Virus record (IMG/VR): IMGVR_UViG_3300042898_000786
Span: 1-64,000 of that record
From: a virus
Reading direction: 5' to 3' (one strand)
Length of the DNA stretch: 64,000 bases
The translations under genes were made by a program, and so were the position numbers. The notes under the pieces are model-generated. The model was not told where the DNA came from and made no database searches. It saw only the letters and a program-made list of their open reading frames with translations. How positions within the stretch are numbered: position 1 is the first letter of the stretch; each line of letters starts with the position of its first letter. Below, one piece after another: positions 40,588-48,621 of the stretch.

Positions 40588-42423
40588 TCAAAATATTTTA
40601 GATAAATCGGTAGAAGTTTCTAACGGAATTTGTTGAGGCCTTTGCTCAAACAAAGGCACGAACAAGCGTGACGAAGAGCCCTGCAAACATCCAAAGGAAG
40701 TGTAGTGCTTGTTCATCTCAAAGGTAAGAGGCGAGAAAAGAGGAGTCGGCATACCACCAGACTCTACCTCGCGCACTTTGCGTACGTGAAAGTCAATAGT
40801 ACGGCGTGTAGGCTCATCTTCGTGCTGGATTTTTCTGTGGACAGTAACGAACCCATCGGCACGGTTAACGAACTTCGAGCCACCCTCAGTGTCTGCGGCC
40901 ATAGGAGCAACGGGATGTCCGTCGTCTCCAATTCGGCGTTGAGACTCTGTAACTGCGTGGGTGTTAAGCCATACAGCTATACTTTTAGCATTCGCGAACG
41001 TAAGTAATTCTGATGCTGCCTCGTAGTGATACTCGTGCACACCTATAGATGCTCCATTGGCCAAGTCAATCTTTAAGCTGTTGTAAGGGTCTACAAATAA
41101 ACCATCAACCTGCTGGCCCCTTATAAGCTTCTCGGTAAATATCATAAGGTCGTAGTACGAGTATACCTGCCGGTTAGATATTACTATGAAGTGCTCTTGT
41201 ATCCACTCAAAAGCTAGCTTACGCTGCGCGTAGTTCATATACTTTAGCGGCATACCCGTCACGAACTGCATAAGCTTGTACTTAATGGATGCTGTTCGGT
41301 TCTCTGAGGAGTATACAACCCACTTCCATCCGTGCCTCATAGAGGCGGTCACCATCAGGTATAATATAAATGTAGTCTTACCTACGTTGCTGTGTCCATT
41401 AACAATAAAGAACTCACGCTTAAACCTAAAGAACTTATCAAAGTATTCGTTACCGGTATCAAGACCAACCTCCACTTTCCCTTCGGCGAGGTCGTTAATC
41501 CAACGAAAGTCTTCGTCGTCCGAGGATACGAATGACATATCTCCGTCGTTAATAAGCATCTCACGTTGAGCCTTGTCCTCTTGCTCTACGATTTCACGTA
41601 TAGGGAGTTTCTTTCCTTTCTCAATGCCGTCTACTATAGTCTTTCTAGCTAAGTCTTCCGACTCTATCTCGCGCTTTGATATCTCACGTAGAAGCACACG
41701 AACAACTTCATCCTCTTCCATCCTTCCGGCGGCTACATATCCGCCACATAAGACGCTTGCCTTGAGTAGAGTAGCGTGCTTCTCTCCATCTGAGGCGTTC
41801 CGAATCATCCGCGCTGCGATGTTTAGCTTATGGTAATCTGTGTAGCTGTCAACAGACTTACTCTCTTGGTGTACGGATGCTTGCTCGGTAAGTATATGAC
41901 CGAAGGGCTTAGCAAACTCTTTGATTACAATCTCTGGGTCGTAAGACTCAAAACAAGCCCTAGATTCGTTTACTCCACTAGGGTCAATGTCAATACCATA
42001 TTGTTTATCAAAGTACGTTTGTAGGGCACGGAAATGGTCTCTGTGTCGCTCTGGGTTGGTTACCTGCACAAGGGCCTTGAGTCCATCTCCGGATGGAGAC
42101 ACCCAACAAGCAAAGACATACTCGTCCGTAGATAGTATTGGCTTTAGTTTTGGTACGTCTACGTGGTCTAGGTCAATGACTATGATACCACTATGGTCGT
42201 GAAGCGATGAGTCCTTACGCTCAAGGAATGCGCCGCTCCATAGAACTATAGGGAGTGTTTTCTTTTGGTCCTTATCGCCGGCCCTCAGTAAATCAATCGT
42301 ATCGCTGCTCTTGCCAGTCTTGATACGTTGAAGTGCTGCTTCCGCTGATATATGGTGTGGATGATTGGTTTGAAGGATATCCTTGAATATCGTCACTGTG
42401 TTTTGTAGTACGCTCATTTTCAA
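40588..42423 (-). CDS. primase-helicase (BT4734/VirE-N-like plus SF4 helicase)
   Basis: HSGIIVIDLD, SPSGDGLK, RACFESYDP; Walker A GHSNVGKT; FVDPYN. Confidence 0.85.
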   Translation of the reverse strand: MKMSVLQNTVTIFKDILQTNHPHHISAEAALQRIKTGKSSDTIDLLRAGDKDQKKTLPIVLWSGAFLERKDSSLHDHSGIIVIDLDHVDVPKLKPILSTDEYVFACWVSPSGDGLKALVQVTNPERHRDHFRALQTYFDKQYGIDIDPSGVNESRACFESYDPEIVIKEFAKPFGHILTEQASVHQESKSVDSYTDYHKLNIAARMIRNASDGEKHATLLKASVLCGGYVAAGRMEEDEVVRVLLREISKREIESEDLARKTIVDGIEKGKKLPIREIVEQEDKAQREMLINDGDMSFVSSDDEDFRWINDLAEGKVEVGLDTGNEYFDKFFRFKREFFIVNGHSNVGKTTFILYLMVTASMRHGWKWVVYSSENRTASIKYKLMQFVTGMPLKYMNYAQRKLAFEWIQEHFIVISNRQVYSYYDLMIFTEKLIRGQQVDGLFVDPYNSLKIDLANGASIGVHEYHYEAASELLTFANAKSIAVWLNTHAVTESQRRIGDDGHPVAPMAADTEGGSKFVNRADGFVTVHRKIQHEDEPTRRTIDFHVRKVREVESGGMPTPLFSPLTFEMNKHYTSFGCLQGSSSRLFVPLFEQRPQQIPLETSTDLSKIF

Positions 42424-42673
42424 TTGCTATTTTAAGTAAGATTAAGTAACCTATTAGGTCTTGGACTGTGTCCTCAGTTGAATCATTGATTCCCTTGTTC
42501 TTGATTCTCATTAGCTTATCATCAATTCGACAAGCTATGTTATCAACCGCAGAGCCACTCGCAAATATATTCGATGGCTTTAGTGCGCTGTCTCCGTACG
42601 CATTGTTTTTTTCTAGTAGTAGGTCACGGACAGAGTTTGCTACCTCTACTATTTGTTCAGCTGTTGTTTTCAT
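42293..42673 (-). CDS. nucleotide-modification-associated all-alpha NTP-PPase-like protein
   Basis: KNNAYGDS..RIDDKLMRI..EDTVQDLIGYLIL. Confidence 0.7.
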   Translation of the reverse strand: MKTTAEQIVEVANSVRDLLLEKNNAYGDSALKPSNIFASGSAVDNIACRIDDKLMRIKNKGINDSTEDTVQDLIGYLILLKIAIENERTTKHSDDIQGYPSNQSSTPYISGSSTSTYQDWQEQRYD

Positions 42674-42675
42674 TT

Positions 42676-42954
42676 TTACCAATTAAAATCATCTACCCAT
42701 ATTGGAGTACGCTCTCCGACATAGGCTGCAAAAGTATTATATTCTGCAAACTCAGAAGCCTCCTCGAAGTCTCCATCCATATCTTCCGCTAGTATGTCAA
42801 CAACTTTCGAACGTGAATATACCACTCGAAAAGAGTCTGGTTCAAAGCCAATGATGGCATCATCAAGTCCGTCGGCAAACAAAATCCCTTCGTCGTCGTG
42901 ACCCGAATATAGTTCTATAATTAATTCTCTTTTACTCATAAATTTGCGATTCAC
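42676..42954 (-). CDS. conserved phage protein
   Basis: ADGLDDAIIG...EA.EF.EYN...AYVGE.TP motif. Confidence 0.75.
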   Translation of the reverse strand: MNRKFMSKRELIIELYSGHDDEGILFADGLDDAIIGFEPDSFRVVYSRSKVVDILAEDMDGDFEEASEFAEYNTFAAYVGERTPIWVDDFNW

Positions 42955-43177
42955 CCACTTGTTTTTTAGTGAGTATTTTGGTTATCAATATTCTGCGTTC
43001 TCCTTTATAGTTCGACCCATAGATTTCGTCATTGAGTCTGTCTATTGTCTTGGGGTCTCTAGTCATTATATCTGTAGCTGACTCGCATTTTGACACAGCC
43101 CAGGTTTTTTTGATTAGCGTTTGCTTTGTCTTTCGATAAGATACTTCTATGTCGTAAAGATATATTGGGTAAGCCAT
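42932..43177 (-). CDS. hypothetical protein
   Basis: Start refined to MAYPIYL. Confidence 0.55.
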   Translation of the reverse strand: MAYPIYLYDIEVSYRKTKQTLIKKTWAVSKCESATDIMTRDPKTIDRLNDEIYGSNYKGERRILITKILTKKQVGESQIYE

Positions 43178-43182
43178 TTGCG

Positions 43183-43278
43183 TTACTGTTGAATGCAGTA
43201 GCATTCGCTATTGCCTTCGTTAATCTGCTGGGTTGTACGTAGGCATACCGGGCAGGTATCTGTGGTTTCTGTTTCCAT
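43183..43278 (-). CDS. tiny Cys-containing protein
   Basis: METETTDTCPVC...CYCIQQ with A-rich leader. Confidence 0.4.
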   Translation of the reverse strand: METETTDTCPVCLRTTQQINEGNSECYCIQQ

Positions 43279-43283
43279 TGTTT

Positions 43284-43577
43284 TTATTTATTGATTGGGC
43301 GATAGCCTATGTTATAAAGGGTATCGGTATCTGCGGCTAGGAGTGCCTCGACTCCGCGTTTGATTGCGTTGTAAGCGACTTCAATGTCATTGTCGGTCTT
43401 CATATTCTTATATAGTACATCAAGTTGTGACTCGAGGTCTTTTATGAGATTGTTGACTGCTCGTTTGATATTGTGACGATACAGCGGTGTGGCCTGCAAT
43501 TCATCAAGCAGTTCGAGTTGAACTTGCATAATGATTAGCAGCTTCACGAGTTTTAGTTCTATGCTTAATTCGCTCAT
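43284..43577 (-). CDS. hypothetical protein
   Basis: Helical ORF with A-rich leader. Confidence 0.6.
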   Translation of the reverse strand: MSELSIELKLVKLLIIMQVQLELLDELQATPLYRHNIKRAVNNLIKDLESQLDVLYKNMKTDNDIEVAYNAIKRGVEALLAADTDTLYNIGYRPINK

Positions 43578-43620
43578 TTCTATTTTCTTTTTTGTACATT
43601 TAACATTAAATTAACATTCT

Positions 43621-43764
43621 ATGAAGAAACTTTTATTGGTTTTAGCAGCATTAATTGCTACATCTTGCGCCTCAGTAACTCCAAACAGCTTTAGTACTTT
43701 GACGAGCTGTGGCGTGGGTGGGTGTACAAATCTGACAATACATCATCACGTTTTTTTTGAGTAG
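43621..43764 (+). CDS. small lipoprotein (47 aa), opposite strand
   Basis: MKKLLLVLAALIATSC lipobox; C-x4-C-x5-HHH. Confidence 0.6.
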   Translation: MKKLLLVLAALIATSCASVTPNSFSTLTSCGVGGCTNLTIHHHVFFE

Positions 43765-43879
43765 ACTTTTTGTCTTTCCCTAATAAGCGAGGCATATTTA
43801 TTACAATCCATCGGCAGAAGTCTTTGGAATCTAGCTCGTTTAGTTTGTCTTCGACTTCTTCAATTGCTGTCTTATTCAT
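43691..43879 (-). CDS. hypothetical protein
   Basis: MNKTAIEE start; 3' end overlaps lipoprotein antisense. Confidence 0.45.
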   Translation of the reverse strand: MNKTAIEEVEDKLNELDSKDFCRWIVINMPRLLGKDKKSTQKKRDDVLSDLYTHPRHSSSKY

Positions 43880-44137
43880 TTTATTTGTCAACTTATTGGT
43901 TTATATTTTGGTTAGCGGTGTCAACCTATTGGTTTAATAACTAGATGATTTTTATACTGTAGGTATAAGTTTGGGCGGCTATAATCATCATTAACAACGA
44001 TAGAGCTTTATAATGCAAGATAAAGGGTTCATCTATATTCTGCCAAATCGGGGTTATCAAGGGTACATTTGGCAAATTATAGACAACAGCTCGGATGATT
44101 TCCGAATTAGTTCGTGACAAAAAACATAGCAGATTTG

Positions 44138-44437
44138 TTACGAAGGTTCGTTCCAATCACTATACTTAAGCCCCCACTGTAGGTTAATCCACTGCATTTC
44201 TTTCTCGGCTAAGGTTTTGTTTAGCTTGAGATTCTTACGCAGGTAGTCCGTGCCCCAGGCCTTCCACTGGTCACCCTGATTCACAGTCATAGTCCACTCG
44301 GTCCACCAGTTGTCGGTTCTACCCTTGATGTCTTCGTAGGTAACATTATGTCCGGCAATAACAAACATCTGATTAAGTAAATCAATCACCGCTTGCTCAC
44401 GCTTTTGGTCTCGGGTTAGTCTTTTTTTAGTTTCCAT
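44138..44437 (-). CDS. hypothetical protein
   Basis: Trp-rich small ORF. Confidence 0.6.
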   Translation of the reverse strand: METKKRLTRDQKREQAVIDLLNQMFVIAGHNVTYEDIKGRTDNWWTEWTMTVNQGDQWKAWGTDYLRKNLKLNKTLAEKEMQWINLQWGLKYSDWNEPS

Positions 44438-44769
44438 AGTTCGTATGTGCTGTTTAACGTGTTGAATTTAATATAATCCTCTCGCTCCTCCAAAATTTCT
44501 GTAACAGGGCTAGTTTGCCAAGTAAAAAACTGGTTAAATGGAGACATAATTAGTGAATAACCAATTGCTGGTTTATCGTGACGGGCTTTAAACTTATTTT
44601 CTCCATTCCATTCAACCCACATCACTTCCTTAGATTGGTTGGTTAGTCCGTCTCGTTCACGAACTAATTTCCAATTGAATTCGTTTTCAATTACATTTTG
44701 TTCAAGAGCAACTTTCAAGACATTATCTTCTAATGTCATTGGAATTTTAGTTTGTTTTAACTTGCTCAT
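44416..44769 (-). CDS. hypothetical protein
   Basis: Starts in junction repeat ATG; WQTSPVTEI...FNTLNS.YEL. Confidence 0.65.
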   Translation of the reverse strand: MSKLKQTKIPMTLEDNVLKVALEQNVIENEFNWKLVRERDGLTNQSKEVMWVEWNGENKFKARHDKPAIGYSLIMSPFNQFFTWQTSPVTEILEEREDYIKFNTLNSTYELWKLKKD

Positions 44770-44781
44770 TTCTCGTTGGTG

Positions 44782-44934
44782 TTAAGGGTTAAGCAATAGC
44801 CAAACGCCAAACCACAGGTGCAATATAATTGACCCAATAGCGCCAAACATTTTTGGTAACTCTTTTTGTTTTGACGCTGTTACGCCTGCGCCTACTGCTC
44901 CGAGAAGGAGGTAGATTGCGATAATTGTTTTCAT
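44782..44934 (-). CDS. small two-TM membrane protein
   Basis: MKTIIAIYLLLGAVGAG...LWFGVWLLLNP; bounded by junction repeats. Confidence 0.55.
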   Translation of the reverse strand: MKTIIAIYLLLGAVGAGVTASKQKELPKMFGAIGSIILHLWFGVWLLLNP

Positions 44935-45182
44935 TTCTCTTTGGTTTTAAATCGTAAACTGTAGTATTCTTCTGCGATGCCGCTATTAGGGTCGAGGTGC
45001 TGCATTTCCATACCTGTGTGGAATGACTCTATGATTTCAGCCATCTCTTTCTCAAGCATTGATTCTGCCTCATCAATTACATTAGACAATGCTTTTTGAT
45101 AACCAGTCTGCCACTCATTTGATGCGGTCATTTGTTCTGCCTTAAGACTTTGAATAAGTTCTTGCATTGGTGTCTTCTTCAT
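44931..45182 (-). CDS. hypothetical protein
   Basis: MKKTPMQELI...FKTKEK. Confidence 0.6.
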   Translation of the reverse strand: MKKTPMQELIQSLKAEQMTASNEWQTGYQKALSNVIDEAESMLEKEMAEIIESFHTGMEMQHLDPNSGIAEEYYSLRFKTKEK

Positions 45183-45216
45183 AAGCAAATTTATTTGCGG
45201 TGAGGAGCCTTGCGAC

Positions 45217-45357
45217 TCATTTCTCGTTGGTTTTAAGCATTTCGTTTAGTTCAAGCATCAACTCAAATGTGTCAATGAGTTCATCAGTTGGTTCATCCTC
45301 CCGATGTATTAAACTTTGAGGCATTCCTATTTCTATAATTTCAAGTATCCTTTTCAT
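45217..45357 (-). CDS. small acidic protein
   Basis: MKRILEII...LKTNEK; bounded by repeats. Confidence 0.5.
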   Translation of the reverse strand: MKRILEIIEIGMPQSLIHREDEPTDELIDTFELMLELNEMLKTNEK

Positions 45358-45369
45358 TTATCGTTGGTG

Positions 45370-45588
45370 TTAAAGGTTTTCAATTTCAAAATATTCATAA
45401 TATTCCTTAACCTCTTTTTTGGTTAATGCCTTTACCCAATCTTTACTTGCGTACAACGGCATTGATTTTCTCCCGTGAGGTTCTACTACAATTTCATCTA
45501 TGTCGCATTGTGATTGCAATTCTACATCAGATATTGATGCAAGAACCCATACCAATGTTTGATTTTTAATTTCGTCAGTTATTTTCAT
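45370..45588 (-). CDS. hypothetical protein
   Basis: Bounded by repeats. Confidence 0.55.
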   Translation of the reverse strand: MKITDEIKNQTLVWVLASISDVELQSQCDIDEIVVEPHGRKSMPLYASKDWVKALTKKEVKEYYEYFEIENL

Positions 45589-45776
45589 TTCTCGTTGGTT
45601 TTGTATTCTTTATCAAAAGAATCTGCAATCTCACGGGTGGTCAAATCTCCGTACTTGAAAGCGAAGTCAATCATCTGCTCCTTCTCAATTCTTTTTGCTT
45701 CTCTAATATCAAGTGGTGTGATTGTACCTTGCATCTCCCACATATTAACAAGCCACTCTACTGCTGTTTTTTTCAT
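45585..45776 (-). CDS. hypothetical protein (KTAVEWL family)
   Basis: MKKTAVEWL...AKRIEKEQMID...YKTNEK. Confidence 0.65.
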   Translation of the reverse strand: MKKTAVEWLVNMWEMQGTITPLDIREAKRIEKEQMIDFAFKYGDLTTREIADSFDKEYKTNEK

Positions 45777-45834
45777 CTCTCTAAAATTTAATTGGTTTTG
45801 TTTGCCCTCATTTAACCGCATCAGGCTTCTCGGT

Positions 45835-45996
45835 TTATTTCTCTTTGGTGTTAGTCTTCCACTGGTATTCGCACTTGCCGTCCTTAATAGGTGAGTTCAT
45901 AAAGTAGGATTGATACATATCTTCGGAGGCAGTGAATCGGTAGCAGGTCATCTTGAGGTCGCAATTTGCGCCACTACATTTAGTTATGTCGGTCAT
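45835..45996 (-). CDS. small Cys-rich protein
   Basis: MTDITKCSGANCDLKMTCYRF...CEYQWKTNTKEK. Confidence 0.65.
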   Translation of the reverse strand: MTDITKCSGANCDLKMTCYRFTASEDMYQSYFMNSPIKDGKCEYQWKTNTKEK

Positions 45997-46019
45997 TTTT
46001 ATTTAATTTAAAAGAAAAA

Positions 46020-46086
46020 GACTCCGTTAATCAGGGCGGTAGCTTGCCGCTTACTGAATCCTAATGCGCCATAAGCGGGCGGAGTT
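46020..46086 (-). ncRNA. structured RNA element or terminator
   Basis: ACUCCG/CGGAGU closing stem, internal hairpins, followed by U tract. Confidence 0.4.
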
Positions 46087-46087
46087 C

Positions 46088-46216
46088 TCATTTCTCTTTG
46101 GTGTTAAATTCATTTTCAGTATAGAAGTCCGTGCCTTCGTTGTCTTCTGGTTCGATGCCATTCTTAATCATATCAACGATTAACAACAGCTCGGTCATTG
46201 TCAGTTCTATTTTCAT
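46088..46216 (-). CDS. small acidic protein
   Basis: MKIELTM...EFNTKEK. Confidence 0.5.
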   Translation of the reverse strand: MKIELTMTELLLIVDMIKNGIEPEDNEGTDFYTENEFNTKEK

Positions 46217-46515
46217 TCTTCTTCGTCGTTATATTCTGGGTAGTGTTCACCGGTGTTGCCATTCTGCATAATCACAATCATACGTTCGTCAAGTCTCTCC
46301 TGCTCTAGCAGGTCTTCTTGCTTTACCCTAGCGATGCAGCAGGGCTTACGGAGTTCATTATAAGCAATCTCGGTTTTCCAAGGTGGGCAGTTGCATTGGT
46401 TGTCGACGCTATCTTGGCTATCACCTGGGTCATCCCAGAAAACAAACTTCATATCTGAGCCGGGGCCTTTATTAGTCATAATCGATTCTATTTTTATAAA
46501 TGATGTCTTCAACAA
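46213..46515 (-). CDS. hypothetical protein
   Basis: ERM.VIMQNGNTGEHY motif. Confidence 0.55.
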   Translation of the reverse strand: MLKTSFIKIESIMTNKGPGSDMKFVFWDDPGDSQDSVDNQCNCPPWKTEIAYNELRKPCCIARVKQEDLLEQERLDERMIVIMQNGNTGEHYPEYNDEEE

Positions 46516-46801
46516 TAGTCTTAGCGTCTATGGTTCCGAGCCTTATTGCATCGGCGTGGTCTTTTGCACGTATAACGACAAAATTATCGTTAGCCTTGCC
46601 TAGAACCAACAACGACAAAAAGTTTGGCATTATCGAATTCATAAACGGGTCAAAGTTAAGCATACTGCCATCGCTTGTAGCAACCGCAATACCCATAACA
46701 TATTCTTTATCGCCTTTCTTAAAAACAAAAATGGGGGACTTATCCGATAACGGAATCATCCCCCACTCAAGGCATAGCAGTCTCGAAATCGAGAGTTGCA
46801 T
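46472..46801 (-). CDS. hypothetical protein
   Basis: Coupled ORF. Confidence 0.5.
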   Translation of the reverse strand: MQLSISRLLCLEWGMIPLSDKSPIFVFKKGDKEYVMGIAVATSDGSMLNFDPFMNSIMPNFLSLLVLGKANDNFVVIRAKDHADAIRLGTIDAKTIVEDIIYKNRIDYD

Positions 46802-47052
46802 TAGAACGGCATATCGTCGTTGCTGCTTTGCTTAATGCTTACAGCACCTTTAGATGATGGGTCCCAAACACTCATAATTGTGTATGGCTTTTTGCTCTCT
46901 TTCGCTACGCCGGAACGTACCGTTAGAAATGCACGACCCTTCTCGGTCATATTCCTTTGAAGGGTTTCGATATCTTGCTTTGAGAGCGAGAATCGCAGGT
47001 TAAGAGTGGGCGACTCAACGTAGCCGACCATCTCGTCTTTCTTATCTTGCAT
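46801..47052 (-). CDS. putative ssDNA-binding protein
   Basis: Acidic C-terminal DDMPF tail, near annealase. Confidence 0.55.
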   Translation of the reverse strand: MQDKKDEMVGYVESPTLNLRFSLSKQDIETLQRNMTEKGRAFLTVRSGVAKESKKPYTIMSVWDPSSKGAVSIKQSSNDDMPF

Positions 47053-47069
47053 AAGACTTGGGGTTTTGG

Positions 47070-47363
47070 TTAATTAAAAAGAAAATTTTTGTACGATACG
47101 TAAGTATCTCGGTACACATTGTCAGACTCGATGAGTTGGTCGTGGCGGTCAAGGTAATAAATGATTAGCGGATGCTTTAGACCAGTAATCTCAGAAATTG
47201 TAGCGTTGGTAATACCTTGGTTACGAATTAAGAAGTTAACGAGCATAATGCGAGCCGTTACGACGCGCCTACGGGCGGACTTAGACATCGAGTCGACACC
47301 AAAGTATTTATTGCTTCCAGAGATGAAGCCTTCAATTTGTTCTGGAATCGACTGAACTATCAT
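47070..47363 (-). CDS. second DnaA C-terminal-like HTH protein
   Basis: ARRRVVTARIML...ISEITGLKHPLIIYY. Confidence 0.55.
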   Translation of the reverse strand: MIVQSIPEQIEGFISGSNKYFGVDSMSKSARRRVVTARIMLVNFLIRNQGITNATISEITGLKHPLIIYYLDRHDQLIESDNVYRDTYVSYKNFLFN

Positions 47364-47899
47364 TTTACGAACTTCTCTAGAGCCAAGACTTGCTTCTCAG
47401 AGAATTTATCTCCGTACTTAGTGACGACTTGACTATAGGCTTCGCGCTTATTACTAGCAGCCTTGATGTAGTTGACAGACTTTTCGAACAGAGTCTCCTC
47501 CTTCTCGGGCTCAGATGCCTCTGTAACTTGCTGCGGGGCTTCTTGCTTAGCAATCGCTGTCTCTACCTCGTCGGCAGTAGCGATTGAAGTGTCGATGCCT
47601 ATACCTAGCATACCTAGGGCCCGCCCAACGGCAGAGGTTTCGCAGTTCTCGATATACGATGTTCTGTTGATGTTTGAAGATGACTTCTCCTCGTGAGCAA
47701 AGCCCGTACTGACTATCCTGCCAGCCTCATCACGTACCACGGCACGGATAATTACTGACTCGCTATCAACGGCGTATATCTCGGTCTCAAGACTCATACT
47801 CTTGAACTCGGGAAGAGCACGAAACGCTTTGACACGCTCGTTAACCTCAACGTATTGCTTGCCCTTGATGTTGGTTGTTTTGAATTTATGTTGTGACAT
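47360..47899 (-). CDS. Rad52/Sak-like single-strand annealing protein
   Basis: YVEVNERV, ENCETSAVGRALGMLGIG; minus-strand TATATTTG box at 47918-47925. Confidence 0.75.
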   Translation of the reverse strand: MSQHKFKTTNIKGKQYVEVNERVKAFRALPEFKSMSLETEIYAVDSESVIIRAVVRDEAGRIVSTGFAHEEKSSSNINRTSYIENCETSAVGRALGMLGIGIDTSIATADEVETAIAKQEAPQQVTEASEPEKEETLFEKSVNYIKAASNKREAYSQVVTKYGDKFSEKQVLALEKFVK

Positions 47900-47940
47900 A
47901 TTGATTTAATTTGAATACAAATATAAGAAAGGTTGAAGCA

Positions 47941-48078
47941 TTACACAATAGCGGAACGCTTTTTTTGTCGCTCTAGAAAGTCGACCCACATACGTGCAGC
48001 AACTGCGCGACGTTGTAGTAGGAATGGATATTTGGTTTTTAGTCTCGCCATAGCGATACGCATAAATTGGTCTCTCAT
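47941..48078 (-). CDS. small basic protein
   Basis: MRDQFMRIAMARL...QRRAVAARMW. Confidence 0.5.
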   Translation of the reverse strand: MRDQFMRIAMARLKTKYPFLLQRRAVAARMWVDFLERQKKRSAIV

Positions 48079-48088
48079 TGATTTTTAA

Positions 48089-48250
48089 TTATAGTAGTTG
48101 ATACCTGTCCATAAGACCCATAGAGGCTGTCCCTAGTAGCATCAGCAGAAAAGAATTGATTAAGTTGCCGTCTAGCATAGAAGCCACACTAAGCAGAAAA
48201 AAGATTGTTATGAGTGTGAATCCAATCTTCTTGAATGTGGCCTTACTCAT
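48089..48250 (-). CDS. small membrane protein
   Basis: Two hydrophobic segments. Confidence 0.5.
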   Translation of the reverse strand: MSKATFKKIGFTLITIFFLLSVASMLDGNLINSFLLMLLGTASMGLMDRYQLL

Positions 48251-48573
48251 AATTTTATATTGAATGATAGTTCTATGTTTCCATCTTGATACCTACCGAC
48301 GAGTTTGAAGTCATCGGTTTCTGGCAACTGCTTGTCAAAGCCGTCGTAAGTTATAGCGTAGTTCTCCTTGTAGAAGTACTCCACCTCAGCATCGACAATG
48401 CCGTCTTCGTCAATAGATATAAACACGATGTACGTGATGTCTCCGTCTTCGTGTAGCATCGAATGCCAATTACCTTTTGGGGATATTGACACCTTGTGTT
48501 TCTTGCCGTTGTGTTCAAAGCATACTAAGAACTCAGCGGCCAAGAATGTTTCTTCGGGGATAATCATAGTCAT
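48247..48573 (-). CDS. hypothetical protein
   Basis: Start refined to MTMIIPE. Confidence 0.55.
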   Translation of the reverse strand: MTMIIPEETFLAAEFLVCFEHNGKKHKVSISPKGNWHSMLHEDGDITYIVFISIDEDGIVDAEVEYFYKENYAITYDGFDKQLPETDDFKLVGRYQDGNIELSFNIKL

Positions 48574-48593
48574 AGGGTTTCTTGTAAAAATAA

Positions 48594-48619
48594 GAAAAAG
48601 AGCGGGGTTTCCCCCGCCC
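48594..48619 (-). terminator. intrinsic terminator
   Basis: GCGGGG-GAAA-CCCCGC followed by TCTTTTT on minus strand. Confidence 0.75.
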
Positions 48620-48621
48620 AT

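Larger units (their letters stand above)
44766..46107 (-). repeat. 7 copies of junction repeat TTAA(C/A)ACCAA(A/C)GAGAAAT(G/A)A
   Basis: Copies at 44766, 44931, 45217, 45354, 45585, 45835, 46088 (20 nt each), at gene boundaries. Confidence 0.85.

Noticed and set aside
43886-43936. Short direct repeat TGTCAAC(T/C)TATTGGTTTA
   Set aside because: Only two adjacent copies; likely a local duplication with no further support
45240-45290. CUGAUGA on the minus strand as a possible third hammerhead
   Set aside because: No GAAA closing stem II and no stems I or III; it simply encodes TDE in a small ORF
44766-46107. Repeat array as CRISPR
   Set aside because: Spacing is 137-286 nt, the spacers are ORFs, the repeats are degenerate and there are no cas genes
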